Source of the DNA: Halocafeteria seosinensis
Lineage: Eukaryota
Assembly: GCA_001687465.1 (NCBI GenBank)
Contig: LVLI01000229.1
Span: 186,001-250,000 of the forward strand
Direction of reading: 5' to 3'
Length of the DNA: 64,000 nt
Below, piece by piece: positions 25,311-37,872 of the stretch. The position numbers and the translations under genes were made by a program. The notes under the pieces are model-generated. The model did no database searches. It saw only the letters and a program-made list of their open reading frames with translations, and was not told where the DNA came from. Each line of letters opens with the position of its first letter. Within the stretch, counting starts at the first letter, position 1.

Positions 25311-26139
25311 TGTTATCCGCCTTCGGGTTCGTCTGCACCAGGAACTGTGATCGAGTGCATGCGAATAACGAGCATCATAATTGTCCCTTGTGAGAATAGG
25401 ATCTGGTCGTTTGTAGCATCGCTCACATCAGAGGGGATGGTACTACCCCTCGAGAGCAAGTGACCTACTCTTGTGCAGTTTGCCCACAGGGCACATTTGT
25501 GTTTGTGGAGATGGGTGTAATGCTTTCTTGGGACCTGGAGACTACTTGCGAATTGGCTAGGGACCGGGTGGTGGTCGCTAACCTACCTCATAACAATTTA
25601 TATGGTATCACTGTTTTTCCTTTGCATACAAAGCAAACATCGTTCACAACAAACGTAGATACTTAATGATGAATGCCATATGTGCTTATTGAACACAGGG
25701 ATGAGGTAGAAGATGTGTTGGGGTGACACGGTGACGGACAACCTCGCCAACAAACTCTCGGGGTCGCCTACTGGAACCCGAACCTCCCGTGGCTCGTCGT
25801 CGTGGCAAGTGGCTGAGCTGGTTTCAGATACTGCTTCTGAAGGAAGAAAAACAACTTCGACATGGATATTGTTTTTCGTTCACTTTTCCTGAACAGATCG
25901 TCAACGAATTCGAAGTTCAACTTGGGAAAAGTGCCACTAATCACTACGAAACAAGTCAACCCTGGGCAAAGGAAGGAAATAAAACTAGAGTACAAAAACA
26001 CAAAAACTGCTTAGGTCTGCAAGAGTATACTACATGGGCAGGGGCCAAAACAGTTCACATGTTGGAGGGGAAACGCTCGGTACTACTAAGAGACTCCCAT
26101 GAGCGATGTTACTGAAACAGACCCCTGTGTCAATTCCGA

Positions 26140-27731
26140 TCAAGAATTCTGTTCCCTACTTGGTCGCTGAGCCTTTAACGGAATCCGGCGATAGCGAGGA
26201 ATGGGGAGAAGCTGGCATTTAACATTGCTCTCCCCGTCTGCATAGTGTCCCCACGGGCAGAGGCGACACGCCTCAAGACCTTTCGTTTCTGAGTAATAAC
26301 CAGAAGGACAACTGTCGCATGAACTCGAAGAGTTGACATAGGTCCCCTCGGCACATGGTTTGCACCTCACAGACCCTTCCATACTGACTTTCCCACTACG
26401 GCAAAGCCGACATGTCTGGGCTCCTTCAGCTTCTGAATAATACCCAGACGGACAATTGGCGCATGTTTTTGAAGAGTTTGCGAACCTTCCTTCTGGGCAT
26501 GCTTCGCATCTCCCCGACCCTGCCATGCTTACTTTTCCGGTACGACAGAGACGGCACCTCAGCGATCCTTCAGTTTCTGAGAAATAACCAGAAGGACAAT
26601 TATCGCATGTCTTTGAAGAGTTCGCAAACCTCCCTACCGGACATGCATCGCATTTCTCAGATCCTTCTGTGCTCACTCGTCCGGCTGTGCGAATGGACAA
26701 TCATAGGCAATCTAACATACTCTAATTTGCTAGGATATGAGACCAACTTACGTAAGCAAGGTTCACATTCTTCCTGAGACGTCAACTCAACCGCTGGTCC
26801 AAACATTCCACGAGGGCAGGGCTTGGGATGGATTCGGTTGTCAGCGTATCTGCCACGAGGAGCCGGCTCACACTCGTCCATTCCTTCTGTGTCTTGGTAG
26901 AATCCAGGGGCACATCCAGTACACTCGTGATTGTGGCTTTCAGTTGCAAACTTTCCCCGCTCACAAAGAACACACTGCTCTACTTTTGATGAGCTATATT
27001 GACCCGGTCCGCATTGTTCACAGTTACTATCGTTAGTGGATCTTTGCTCTGAAAAACAAGAGTGGCAAAATCTCGACCCGCGGAGACTACTCTGGCCAAC
27101 TGCACACGCACACATAAAACCCATAAAGTCACTGTCATTGTTCAAATCAAACATCTGGCTTACATGGACAATCCTCACATGAATGTTTATCGTTTTCAAA
27201 CTTCCCCGCTTCGCAGGAACTGCACTCTTGGGCCCCAGCTCCGGATATCTGTCCCGGTGCACAACTCTTACACCGTGATTGTCCAGATGAAGGCTGATAT
27301 CGACCTGCAGCACAGTTTTCGCAATCGCTATTTCCCTCGTTGGAAGAGTACTGTCCAGTCGGACAGCTTTGGCAGCCGGTATTGCCTGTCCCTTTTGCGT
27401 ACTCCCCTGGCGGGCAGTTTCTGCAGCTCCGATCCCTGCCAGAGTCAGGTTGGTATTGGCCTGACTGCATTTTACAGACACGGACTTCGATATGCTACAT
27501 GCATCACACCTGGTTTTGAATGGAAAATTTTTCCTACGAATAACGTACCTTGCAATAACAACAGCTAAAATAATATCCTCTCCAGTAGTACCAATAGCGT
27601 ACATAGTCTACATATCTCCCCGCAGCACAGTAGTTCCATTGGATACTGCATCCTGCAAATACAACTCTCGATAAAAGAATGAGTTGGAGCAAAGAAGACA
27701 GTGCCAGTGTCATTGCGGGCCTTCGTGACAT
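26140..27731 (-). CDS. Short secreted Cys-rich (CxxCPxG repeat) paralog, copy D, ~450-460 aa; C-terminus possibly truncated
   Basis: Exons 27731 (or 27713)-27549, 27464-27164 (301 nt), 27099-26752 and 26684-26140. All introns are GT-AG with compatible phases. It has a signal peptide and no cadherin or TM part. The Cys pattern breaks down after KCQL. Confidence 0.8.
26250..26684 (-). repeat. Three tandem 48-aa (144-nt) Cys-rich units in copy D exon 4
   Basis: GRVSTEGSEKCDACPVGRFANSSKTCDNCPSGYFSETEGSLRCRLCRT / GKVSMAGSGRCEACPEGRFANSSKTCANCPSGYYSEAEGAQTCRLCRS / GKVSMEGSVRCKPCAEGTYVNSSSSCDSCPSGYYSETKGLEACRLCPW. Confidence 0.85.
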
Positions 27732-28477
27732 GCTTCGATACACTGTTGGTGCACGATAAGTACCAAATAATAGCCGTCGTGACTGGAAGAGCAACAGTTG
27801 AAGCTTCCAGAAATATTCTTTCAGTTATCTACCTAGAAACCGACACTTCCTATCTTATCCTCCACGGGATACACACAGTGTTCACCGCTCTTGATACCAC
27901 GATTTGTGTGGATTTTGCCATGTTCCAATGGTGGTGTTAACTAGCCACCCTCAAGAGCTGCTGTATGTACTGTGCTGCTGAGGTAGTTTTTCACTCGCGC
28001 TAGATAATGTCACCACGACCGTAAAACAGCATAATAGGACAGTTTTTTCGGTCGACAAACTCTCAATAGTATTCCGACCATCCTATAGCGTGCAAACTGC
28101 AATGCCTCACCCGAATACCGTGAGGTACCAAGGGTGTGAGTCACGAGATGAGAAGCTCAGAACAGACCAACAAGAACAATTGAATTTACTGCAGACACGA
28201 CGTCGTATTGCCAAAGAAAGGATTCATGATGGACCAAATTACTTGACATGCATGTGAAAGTTTTGCAAAGTTAGGTTTAGCTAATACAAAAGATGCTTGG
28301 GGATGGACAGAGGTCCAAGTGGTGTGCGAACAGCTGTCAGCGGTTATCCTTCCGCCCGAATACCATGGCTTGCACACGTCGTCGCAAGAATTACACGTTA
28401 ACTGCCAGTTCGAGGGTCGCTACATCCAAATTTACTCTACTTTTCTTCTCTTGGAGGATAGCCAGTGGGAGCTCTGC

Positions 28478-31400
28478 CTATGAAGTGGGGCTAATTTCCT
28501 CAAGTTCGTCCTTGACTGCCTGGAGAGTCTGCCTAGCGGGTGCATCCACGGAGTTCTGAGCATTAGCTATATCTGCGGCGAGTTGAGAGTAAAGCGACTT
28601 CGGTGCCCTTGCCTCTTCGACAGAAGACAAGCAATACAAAAGTGAGACTACTGGCTCGAAGAACTCATTCTGCGATTCTGTGGTAAACATCCTCGAAGAA
28701 ATCGAGCTAACAGTAGCTGATTCGGGGTTCCCTATCTCAGCGACTTGAGTCACCACACTAGAAGTCAGACGAGATACAATTTCATCTATGTCTTCCTCCG
28801 GACACTCACTTCTTAAGGATATTATGCGAAGGACTAAGGCATGAGTCCATATGTCGCTTTGTCCAACCGTGTATTCAACTCCTTTTTCCGTGCTGTCTAC
28901 AGCGTCATCCCAAAACGAATACGTTGCCATTCTTGCGGCATCGCGTACTTCATCGTCCTCATCATGCGCGCATCGATAAACTTCAAGTAGCATTGTGCTG
29001 ATTAAAGAATACTTTGCTAGAATGCTTTTATTCATAGAAGCAATGGTCTTCATGGCATGGAGACGGCGTCGATAAGAGTAGCTGTCACGACATCCATCGA
29101 CCACCATTCTTGATAGAGCTTTTCGATGAGACACGTTATATTCCTGCGCAGTCAGCATTTGCGAAAGCAGGAACAGGGTGTCCATTCGAATCTTTTCATG
29201 ATTGACGGAATCGTGAAGAAGGATAAGTACAGAGACCAACCGCTTCGCTTGCCCCTCCCCTGTCTCAAGTGCTCCACGTTCCCGGAGTAGACGGAGTGAT
29301 CGAACAAGGTACCGAAGTGTGTGGGCATCGCTTGTTGATAAACGATTAGATATCTTCTGGTCTATCTCCGAATCAAAATGGTCGATCAATATCTTCACAA
29401 GCAGTTCTCCCATAGGCTGTCGCACTTCATGTGCCACAGGTTGTTTGAGGCGCCGTTTCGTCACTTTCGATGCTCTCCAGCGAACTTCTGGTAACGGGTG
29501 TTGAAGGACAAATGCAAGGTGATCACTTACTCCAGTCTCACTGAGTCGGTAGGAGAATATGCACTCGCAATATACCTCCGTCGCCGTAGAGAGAAGTTGA
29601 TCTCTCCCTAGCATAGGAATGCTGGAAGTACCCATATGCAGTACATACTGACAGACGTCTGTTAGCTGCTGCAGCACGTCAGAGTGCAGCGGATCCCCGG
29701 TAATAGTGCAAGAACTTTCCGCTTGCACGCATAAATAGAGGAACTGCATGCATATTTCGCTGATCCATGGACACTGTTGGATCAAGTCGTGAGACAATTC
29801 TACGAGATTCGGCAAGTAAAATCGGAGATATCCGATAGTTTCTTTCAAAACCATTCCCGATGTAATCCTAGCATCGTCGTAGCCACTGACTTCTAAGCTC
29901 CCTTTCTTCCTTACCCTGGAGTATGCAGCCTGACGCCGCGGTAGATGACTATCGTTTGCGCTTGTAGAGTTTGTGGTAATCGTGCTTTTGTAGGCTTCTA
30001 CTAGGGCCGAAAGTAACTTGAAAGCACCTAGTAAGTATCCATGTATTTCGTTGCTCCTGAGAGCAGTACAATCCCTATGAGCAACAGCTGACACCAGCGA
30101 TGTGATCATTAGGGACTTCTCTTCGTAATTTAAAAGATTGTTTAAGACGTGCCCACCCAATTGTCGAATCCAGTATTCCTTCAGAGTGAGGGCACTAAGT
30201 ACCAGCGGAATAAACGCGTGCACCGTGGACTGTTCCTCGTCTACGTCGACTGATCCAGAAGAGCCATCTGCGGTAGGTTGATCCAATCGCGAGAGAACTA
30301 GTAATACTGGATACAAAGACGAAGCCGTTGAGGATTCTCCCATTTCCGGTCTCTGGTCCAGTTCCGACAAAGAGTGTTCCAAGGAGTCCAAAAGCAAACC
30401 TCGCAGAGTTGGATACCTGTTGAAGAATACATCCGACGCAACTCTGTTTATCTCGCTATTTTCGTTGGATGCCCTTTTAGTCCCAACCATTTTATCTACT
30501 ACCGAAGCAAACACCATCATTGACGAGTTTCGGACAGCCCACTGGACGCTCTGAAAACCTAGCATACCGGCGCGTAAAATCCGAGGTAGATATGGTTGCA
30601 TCTCGCTCATAAGAGATGATTCGCGGACCAACATTCGCAAAGTGTTAAGTGAATGTACTTTCATTCTCCATGATGGTTTCTGCACTTTAAGCACACACGC
30701 GGGTGCATCAACTAATTCCAGTTTTACTTCCCATGAAGATTCGGTGGGTTGATCATACTCATCCCTAGCAGACTCGCTATCTGCCAAATATAGTAGTGCC
30801 ACAACCAGACGATGCAAAAGATGCGAAGAAGAAAACGTTGGTTCGGCACACGCGAGGGCCCGAATGCCAAGCGGAAGACCTGCTGAGCGCCGTAAAATGA
30901 ATTGGTGGCCACCATCGGTCACCTTTTGGAACAACCGATCGACCCATCTAATTGGTATAGAGCGCATATCTTCAGAAGAGTGTACGAACAGTTCTTTGCA
31001 CGTCTTCTGAAAATTGACAGTAGCGTAAGTCACGCCGCCCATATGTTTTAATGAAAGTAGAGCTTCGAGTAGAGTATCGCCGATCAATTGTATAATGTCT
31101 TTTGATACCAAAACAATCTCATTCGCATCAGGCTGACTCATACTAAGGCATGTAGAGACCAACTCGTAGAGACATGCAGAGCCTTCTCGAATAACCATCC
31201 ATGCTGCAACCGCTAGTGTTTGTTGCGGCGATTCGTCTTCTTCTTCAGAGACTGTATGTGCCATGGGATCATTAGAATTCGAATCGAATATAAGGTGCCC
31301 CCGACAGTCCACTCGGCCTTTTGTAGCACCTTGAGCTGTTTCGTCTGCCATTAGATTGCCATCTCCTTCATCGGTTTCGGCAACAATTTTCAACGCAGTC

Positions 31401-33542
31401 TTGTAAGCGTCGAGTACACTCTCTGCTGTCTTCGCAAACAGCGGACGATATCGTTCGAGGGCTGCTCCATTGATGCTCTTCCACGGTGTCGCTTGGAACA
31501 AGTAACGAAGACCAAGAAGGACTCCATGGATCAGTGGCGAGTGGTAAATGGGATTTTCATCCGGAACATTCAGCAGCATCAATCCGAAATCATCTCTTTG
31601 TTGTTTGTCTTGCTGGACGACAGAAGTAACGTACTTGTCTAATATCTTCGTGCGGCGTGATAGCAAGTCTAGCAAAACATCAATAAACTGGAATCGCCGC
31701 TCATCTAAGGATTCTTCGGGTTTCATGCATAATCTGGTAGAGCCTATGTCCTCTAACGACCAGTTGGACTTCTGGATGTACTGAACGTATAACACTCGCA
31801 ATATGCAACCACCGATGTCACAATCTCGAGGTTTAGGATTGCAAAGACACTGTAGTGCGTACTGGTAAAGGTTATTGACTTCCTTCTCTGTCTCAATGCC
31901 TCTTAATGGCGACGGTAGAGTGGTCAAGAAGGACAGTAAGTCCAACCGTATTTGGTCCCAGTTCCCTCTAAGGCTACTTAAGAATGTTTCGGTAGACATT
32001 CGGTTACATAACACTGGAAGCAACGGATTTCTAAGGGGGTTATCCAAAAGCCTGAACCCTTTAAATTCGATGTGCAACATTTTCGAATAGTTCCGAGCTT
32101 CTGGTCGCGTTCCACTCGTAGATGAAAAAGAAACGGGGAAGAACCGCATCAATTCTTTCATTAAAGCCATTGTTACTCCAATCTTATCAAAAGGTGCCGA
32201 TGTGTACATCCCGCTAAGAAGCAAATGTCCAAGGGTCTGTACAAGAGCGGCAGAGAAGGCCGCTTCTCTCCATTGAGTGTTTCGGTCGGCGCTGTTGCCT
32301 ATTCCCTCAGCCAGTTCCTTCGTCATGTCTATTTCCTCTCCGTCTACGTTGACAGCGAGATCCTGTTTCTTGTTTCCCAACAGCTCGGGCAGGGCTTCTT
32401 CTCCTGACGTTCCCCTGCCGTACCGCTCTAAATAGGATTCCTGAACTTTCTCAAGAAACTCTAGTCGTTTTTGCGCTTCGCGATGGGAATGAACAATGCG
32501 ATCCATAAATGAATTCACTATTGGCGTCATTTGATGTTTAACCTCTTGCTGGGGTGTTTTAGTGCTGGTTAAAAACCACACCAACATCAAGGCAATCTCT
32601 GATTTAGTGACCTTAGCATTCTGTTTGCCACAGCAGGATATAGTTTTGAAAGCAAGCATCCGCAACTCAATATCGTGATGAACGAGTCCTTGGAACACTA
32701 TTTCACCGTATCCAAGCCTATTGGTTTCTGTTTGGTGGTCCAGGCATGCCTCCAGCAAACTGGAGACACTCGATAGCTTTAGTACATCAATGGAGTTGAA
32801 CAATTTGGTGATATCCGTCGGTATTGCACAGGCAGCAGCGTCAAGAATAGCTTGCGATGTTTCGAAAGAGAACAAGCTATTCTGTCGAGCTACTTGAATG
32901 AGATACAGCTGTGCCCAGAGGACGCGATCATCCAGATTATTACCATCATCCCCTTTGGAATCTCTTTCCTCACGGACTGCTTTACTTTTCTCTACCCCTC
33001 TTCGTGCCACCAGATGCTCCATTAGCTCATCAAAGCACGTAGAATCAAGTTTTAAGACTCTAGGTATAATATACTCAGCGCATCCTATGCGAAGTTTTCT
33101 CACGGGACTCGTTAGGGTAGTTCGAAATGGGCTTATCCAAAACTGTCTCCACTTGGACAAAGCCTCTTGATAGAGGCGATTGTATTCGGAATCTGGTAGA
33201 GATTTTGGCCGTTTACCTGGTTGCCATCGACTTCCCGTGCCTAAGTATGAGCCTGGCTTTAGACCCAAAGATTGCTCACATTCCTGTCGGGCTTTAATGA
33301 GCAGTTCAAACCACACACACAAATGTGACAGATAGCCCACCGGCCGGGAAGTTGACCGCATCCTGTTCAAACCAACAAGAAGATACAGGTCCAGCAACGT
33401 TTGCAGAATTTCCCAGCGCCTCTAAGACATCGGCTAGCAGGTTTGGATAAACATTCAAACACTCCAACACACCCCATTCCGAGCACAGTGTTTCAAGGGC
33501 AGCGAATTTGCTTTTGCGGGAGCTTCTTCGAGATACAAGCAA
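28478..33542 (-). CDS. THADA: THADA/Trm732-like armadillo-fold protein (DUF2428); 5' end incomplete and interrupted
   Basis: The 1639-aa ORF has the hallmark RRSAGLP, VHSLNTLRMLVRESSL, WAVRNSSMMVF and FFNRYPTL motifs. The upstream frame (KSKFAALETLCSEWGV...VLEALGN) resembles the THADA KGKY region and joins in frame if 61 nt at ~33314-33374 are removed. No ATG start was found. Confidence 0.85.
33304..33374 (-). mobile_element. 51-nt (TG)n-tailed insertion between 10-bp direct repeats (TSD-like)
   Basis: gttcaaacca occurs at both 33304-33313 and 33365-33374. The insert (minus strand) is AGGATGCGGTCAACTTCCCGGCCGGTGGGCTATCTGTCACATTTGTGTGTG. The same terminus is found at 25208-25232. Confidence 0.75.
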
Positions 33543-33806
33543 TTAAGGAGCGACGAGCGGTATGTTTGTGAAGCGCAGAATGTTAGTGAAGCTCAGAAGT
33601 TGGCCTGGAAATGCTGTAATTGACGACGATGCCTCCTTACCCGCCAGGCGTCGCTGTGGGACTGGAAGTGGTCAAAATTAAAATTGACGTCATTAGATAC
33701 CAGTTTTATCGGTATATACTTAAGAGTTCAGCTAAACAGGCTCACCAAATTGTGGAGTAAAGGATTGTCGATACATGTGTATACGAAAAACAAATATGTA
33801 ATGTAG

Positions 33807-36648
33807 GATACAGTATCTTCCAGCAGAAGTTGTTCGTTAGAGCAGAAAGTTCAAGAAGTTTTATGCGAAGAAAGTCATAGGGTTGTAAAAGCATTGGAGA
33901 ACAGTGAATGTACAAATTCAGCATTGTTGCCAAGGCGAAATTTGTTCGTCAAGTCATTGGTTTTTAGGTTTAGTAAACGAGTTCTCAGTTTGCTTTCAAA
34001 TTCCAGAATGCAGAAACGGAATGACGCAAGGGCCGTACATAAAATGTACCTGGATTGGTTCACCACTCATGTAACGAAAACACGGTGGTGGGATGACAAG
34101 ACAAATGAGATTTACTCTGGATTCAGCATAGTTATTCAAGAAGATAGAGTAGCATTTGAGAGTGAAACTGTAGCTGGACTGAATGTTCTCCTCCGGGGCA
34201 TGCCTCCCGGGATTTGTAACTACGTCCGAGCATCTAAAAGCAATGGACGCTCCCTTCTACATGCTGCAGTCTATCGTCGGCTCAATTTTGAACTACTCTC
34301 AGGAGTACTCTGCGACACCTTTTTCGTGTCCCCTGACGTGAAAGATAAAGTAAGAACCAATCTTGCTTGTGGAAACATTTGTTTCGATATACTGCGCGTA
34401 TACACTGTTTCAGGAAGGGAACACACCACTCCACATAGTATGGACCTGGAATAAACATGTTTCAAGGGAAGCACTCTCCGCGTACTTCGCGACATCCATT
34501 AATCAAGCAAATAAAGTAAGAGAATCTATGCTGGTTTGTTGATCGATATCCAAAAGAAGACCCTAGCGTGATCCAAAGCTTAAGCACATATTGCATACTG
34601 GATTTTATAATGCAGAACGGAGACACACCTCTGCATATACTCTGCGCCCGTAGGGACTACAACTATGATGAATATCAAGTAGTTGGTAGTTTCCTACGTA
34701 CCAGACCTGAATTGGAATTTAACCAACAGGATAAAGTAGGGTTTTTGTTATGTTCCTCATCTTATGTAAGCCACCTGTTTCTGGTAGAACGATTTGACGT
34801 TGATTGTCGTTTTACAGAAAGGAAAAACACCTATGCATCTACTGCTCGAGTCGGACTGCGGCAAATATTCAGGTAAAATCAACCTCATAAAGGAAATGCT
34901 CGCGACTAAGCAAGTTAATATTTGTGCCCAGGATAAGGTAAGCCACGTAGATGTAGAATTCACTGCTGGACTAAAAATTGTACTGGATGGGCCTCTTTTG
35001 GTTTTGTCTTAACACACATGTTAACAGGAAGGCACGACTCCTCTCCATTTACTCACACTGAGCAAATTCCCGTGTAGCGATCGGTTCCTATTTGAGAGAC
35101 TACTGAGCCTCTGTCTTGAGACTAATGCAAGTCATGACCAATTCGATATAAACATAAAAAACCATGCAAGTTACAGGAAGGCTATTCAGCTGTTGACACG
35201 AATGTGCTCATGTGTTTCTACTCTGATGTACTTTCTTGCTTTCAGAAGGGAGAAACACCCTTGCACACGGCGGTGCTAACTGGTGATCGAGGAGTCCTGG
35301 AACTCCTTGCGCGTGCTCCGGGGATAGATCTAAACGCCCAAGATGAGGTAGGTATTTATTCATGCTGGATGCGTTTCTTCCGGAAAGGACAGTGTTCCTG
35401 TATCGACATACGGTATGACGAAACACATGAATTGATCTGAATCTGTAACAGAACGGACGAACTCCACTGCATGTAGCTACCGGTATAACGCATGAAGCGA
35501 GTGTGGCTATTGATGTGCTTACGAAAGGCTTGAATTTTAATATCAAGGACAAAGTCGGTACATAAACTGCAAAGGCACCTTTTTGATGCATGAACGGGGG
35601 CCCTTATTGATACTGTCTGCTTAATGCAGAACGGGAATGCCAACAAACCCTCCCTGGATACAAGTATTAAAAATAACGCAAGTTGAAACTCAGTAGTAGA
35701 GTTGGCTAATGTGCCTGGTTAAACTTGTTTGACGATAACGCAGAGCAGATGGGAGAGACTGCTCTGCATATAGCAACGAGGAGAAACAATTTAAAAGCAG
35801 TTGAGGCCATACTCAGACATGAGCAAACTGACGCCAACATCCAAGACAATGTGAGTAGGTCCCGAAGACCGTTATATTTATGAAACTGCCATTGCGTACT
35901 TAACCCACATGATGGGCAGCTGGGGGAGACTGCCTTGCATATAGCAGCCAGAGGGGGCAATTTGGTAATAATTGAGAAGCTACTCGAGGGTCAAAACGCG
36001 GATGTTAACATTCAAGACAATGTACGTACGATCGAGTGAACGAGCACTAGATTGGCATTGTATAATCCGTGAGGAACCACAGTAACTACTGTATCGTACG
36101 TGCAGAATGGGAACACACCTTTGCATGTAGCATGCATGGCCCCAAATAGCTGGAGCAGCACCAACTTACACAGCGTACTGCAGGAAGTTATTTTCCCAAA
36201 GAGGCTACGCTCAAAGCTAAATGCGCAACGACTACGGGTGATTCCCGCCGATGTAAACATCAAAAACAAAGTTAGTGCCACTCCATAGTTCCATGTGAAT
36301 CAATGTGTCGGGAAAGTATTCGAATTTCCTCCAGAATGGAGAAACACCGTTGCACTTAGCTGTAAAAAGTGAAGATCTGGAGCAAATCCGAATCCTGCTG
36401 GGAACAGGCGGGGCCGATTTCTACTCTAGAAACCATGTAAGACGATGTCATATTCCCAAAAATCTTAGACTTCACGCTTCCAGGCTTTTTTGTCTGTTCC
36501 CCTTTTGCAGGATGGTCATTCTCCTAATGACTTGGTTAGAGCACGAGAATTCACTCCTTCGGAAATTGAGATTTACATGGCTAAGTGGGAGAAAAAACTC
36601 GAGCGGAGTCGAAATCGTGGTTCAAGGAAACGAATCAGAAAAAAGTAA
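33807..36648 (+). CDS. Multi-exon ankyrin-repeat protein, one repeat per exon; true start unresolved
   Basis: Phase-0 exons 34414-34515, 34616-34735, 34818-34937, 35028-35165, 35246-35347, 35452-35553, 35749-35850, 35920-36021, 36106-36270 and 36335-36436 each begin with xGxT(P/A)(L/M)H. The last exon is 36511-36648 (TAA). Confidence 0.85.
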
Positions 36649-37419
36649 ACCCAAAGGATTTTAGCCGCACACTTATCCAAACGCTAACCTTACACGTACT
36701 ATAATGTTGCTACCATCTACGTTTTAGAGATACTTATAACGGATACCAGTGGCGTAGTAAGAAGACTACGGTAGGCTAGTGAACATTCCGTTCCATCATG
36801 AAGATCTACGCATAAATCAGATGAGACACACGTTGCTCGTAAAGATCACACAGTGTGAAATACCTATTTTAGCACGGCCCCTCGTTCTGCGAGTTCTGCT
36901 GCAGTACGCTCAGCATCATCCTCCCACTTAGGCATGTAAGTTTCAAGATTCGAAGGCAAAAATTCCCGTATTGCAACTGAGCCCTGAAGAGAATGATCGT
37001 CCTGCATGGAACAGCGACAAACCTTGAAACTTGGCGTCCAAAACCCCGTATCAGACTCCCTGCTTACAGCGTTCCTGGAGATAAGTCGGCACCCCCTGTT
37101 CTCAAAGCATTCGGCGTTCCGGGGATTTCTAGAGGCTTTCACTTTTCCCAGCTAAGCTCTACTGTAATTAAAATTATGAAATTGCACTGGCGTTATTTGT
37201 TGCAGTTGTAGAGAAATATTTCTTTGGGCCGCTTGTGGCTTTACGTATAGTCTTTCGGTGTCGATGGAGCTGCACAAACTCTCTGGATACATGCATGCTA
37301 CATGTAAGTGTCTGCAGACATGGGGATTACCTTACACTACATGTATTCAATGAAGGCCACACTCTTAGGGCTCACGTTATCCTGTCGCGTAGTAGCACTA
37401 CTAATACATACGGTTACAG

Positions 37420-37650
37420 ACATCCGAGAGACCACCACACGGAAATTGTCCCGTTGGTGATAGAGGCGATGGGCGACTTCGAGGAAGCCGCGATCCAGTT
37501 TCTCAAGAAGATTGCCAGGAAAGCACCGGAAACAAGGGAGATGCGGAACTAACGTTACGGAACTTGCGAAGCTGATGGCGGCCAACTGTCAGTCACGTTG
37601 ATGCGCCACAACGTGAAGATGTCGGTGAGGGTTCACCCCTCACACGGCGT
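37420..37650 (+). mobile_element. Degenerate C-terminal restriction-like endonuclease region of a CRE/R2-type non-LTR retrotransposon
   Basis: IVPLVIEAMGDFEEAAIQFLKKIARK...*...QLSVTLMRHNVKM fits the remembered RLE-clade C-terminal pattern FxPLxxExxGxxxxxAxxFLxxLA...LSVxLQRxNA. It has an internal stop. Confidence 0.6.
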
Positions 37651-37872
37651 TGCAAAACCTGTAACCTACACGCCTTCCGGTAGAAGCAGTACGACTACAT
37701 GCTCTGAAATGCTACCACTGTGAAAGTGACCAACTGTGGTAATATTGCGTAGTTGACCAAATTCAATTGTATTGATCCGCCAGAAAGAGTCAAGAGTAAT
37801 CCTGGGTATACCGAAAATTGGGAAACTTTTGACAATTTGATTTGCGGATTGACTCTGTAAGCAACCGACACA

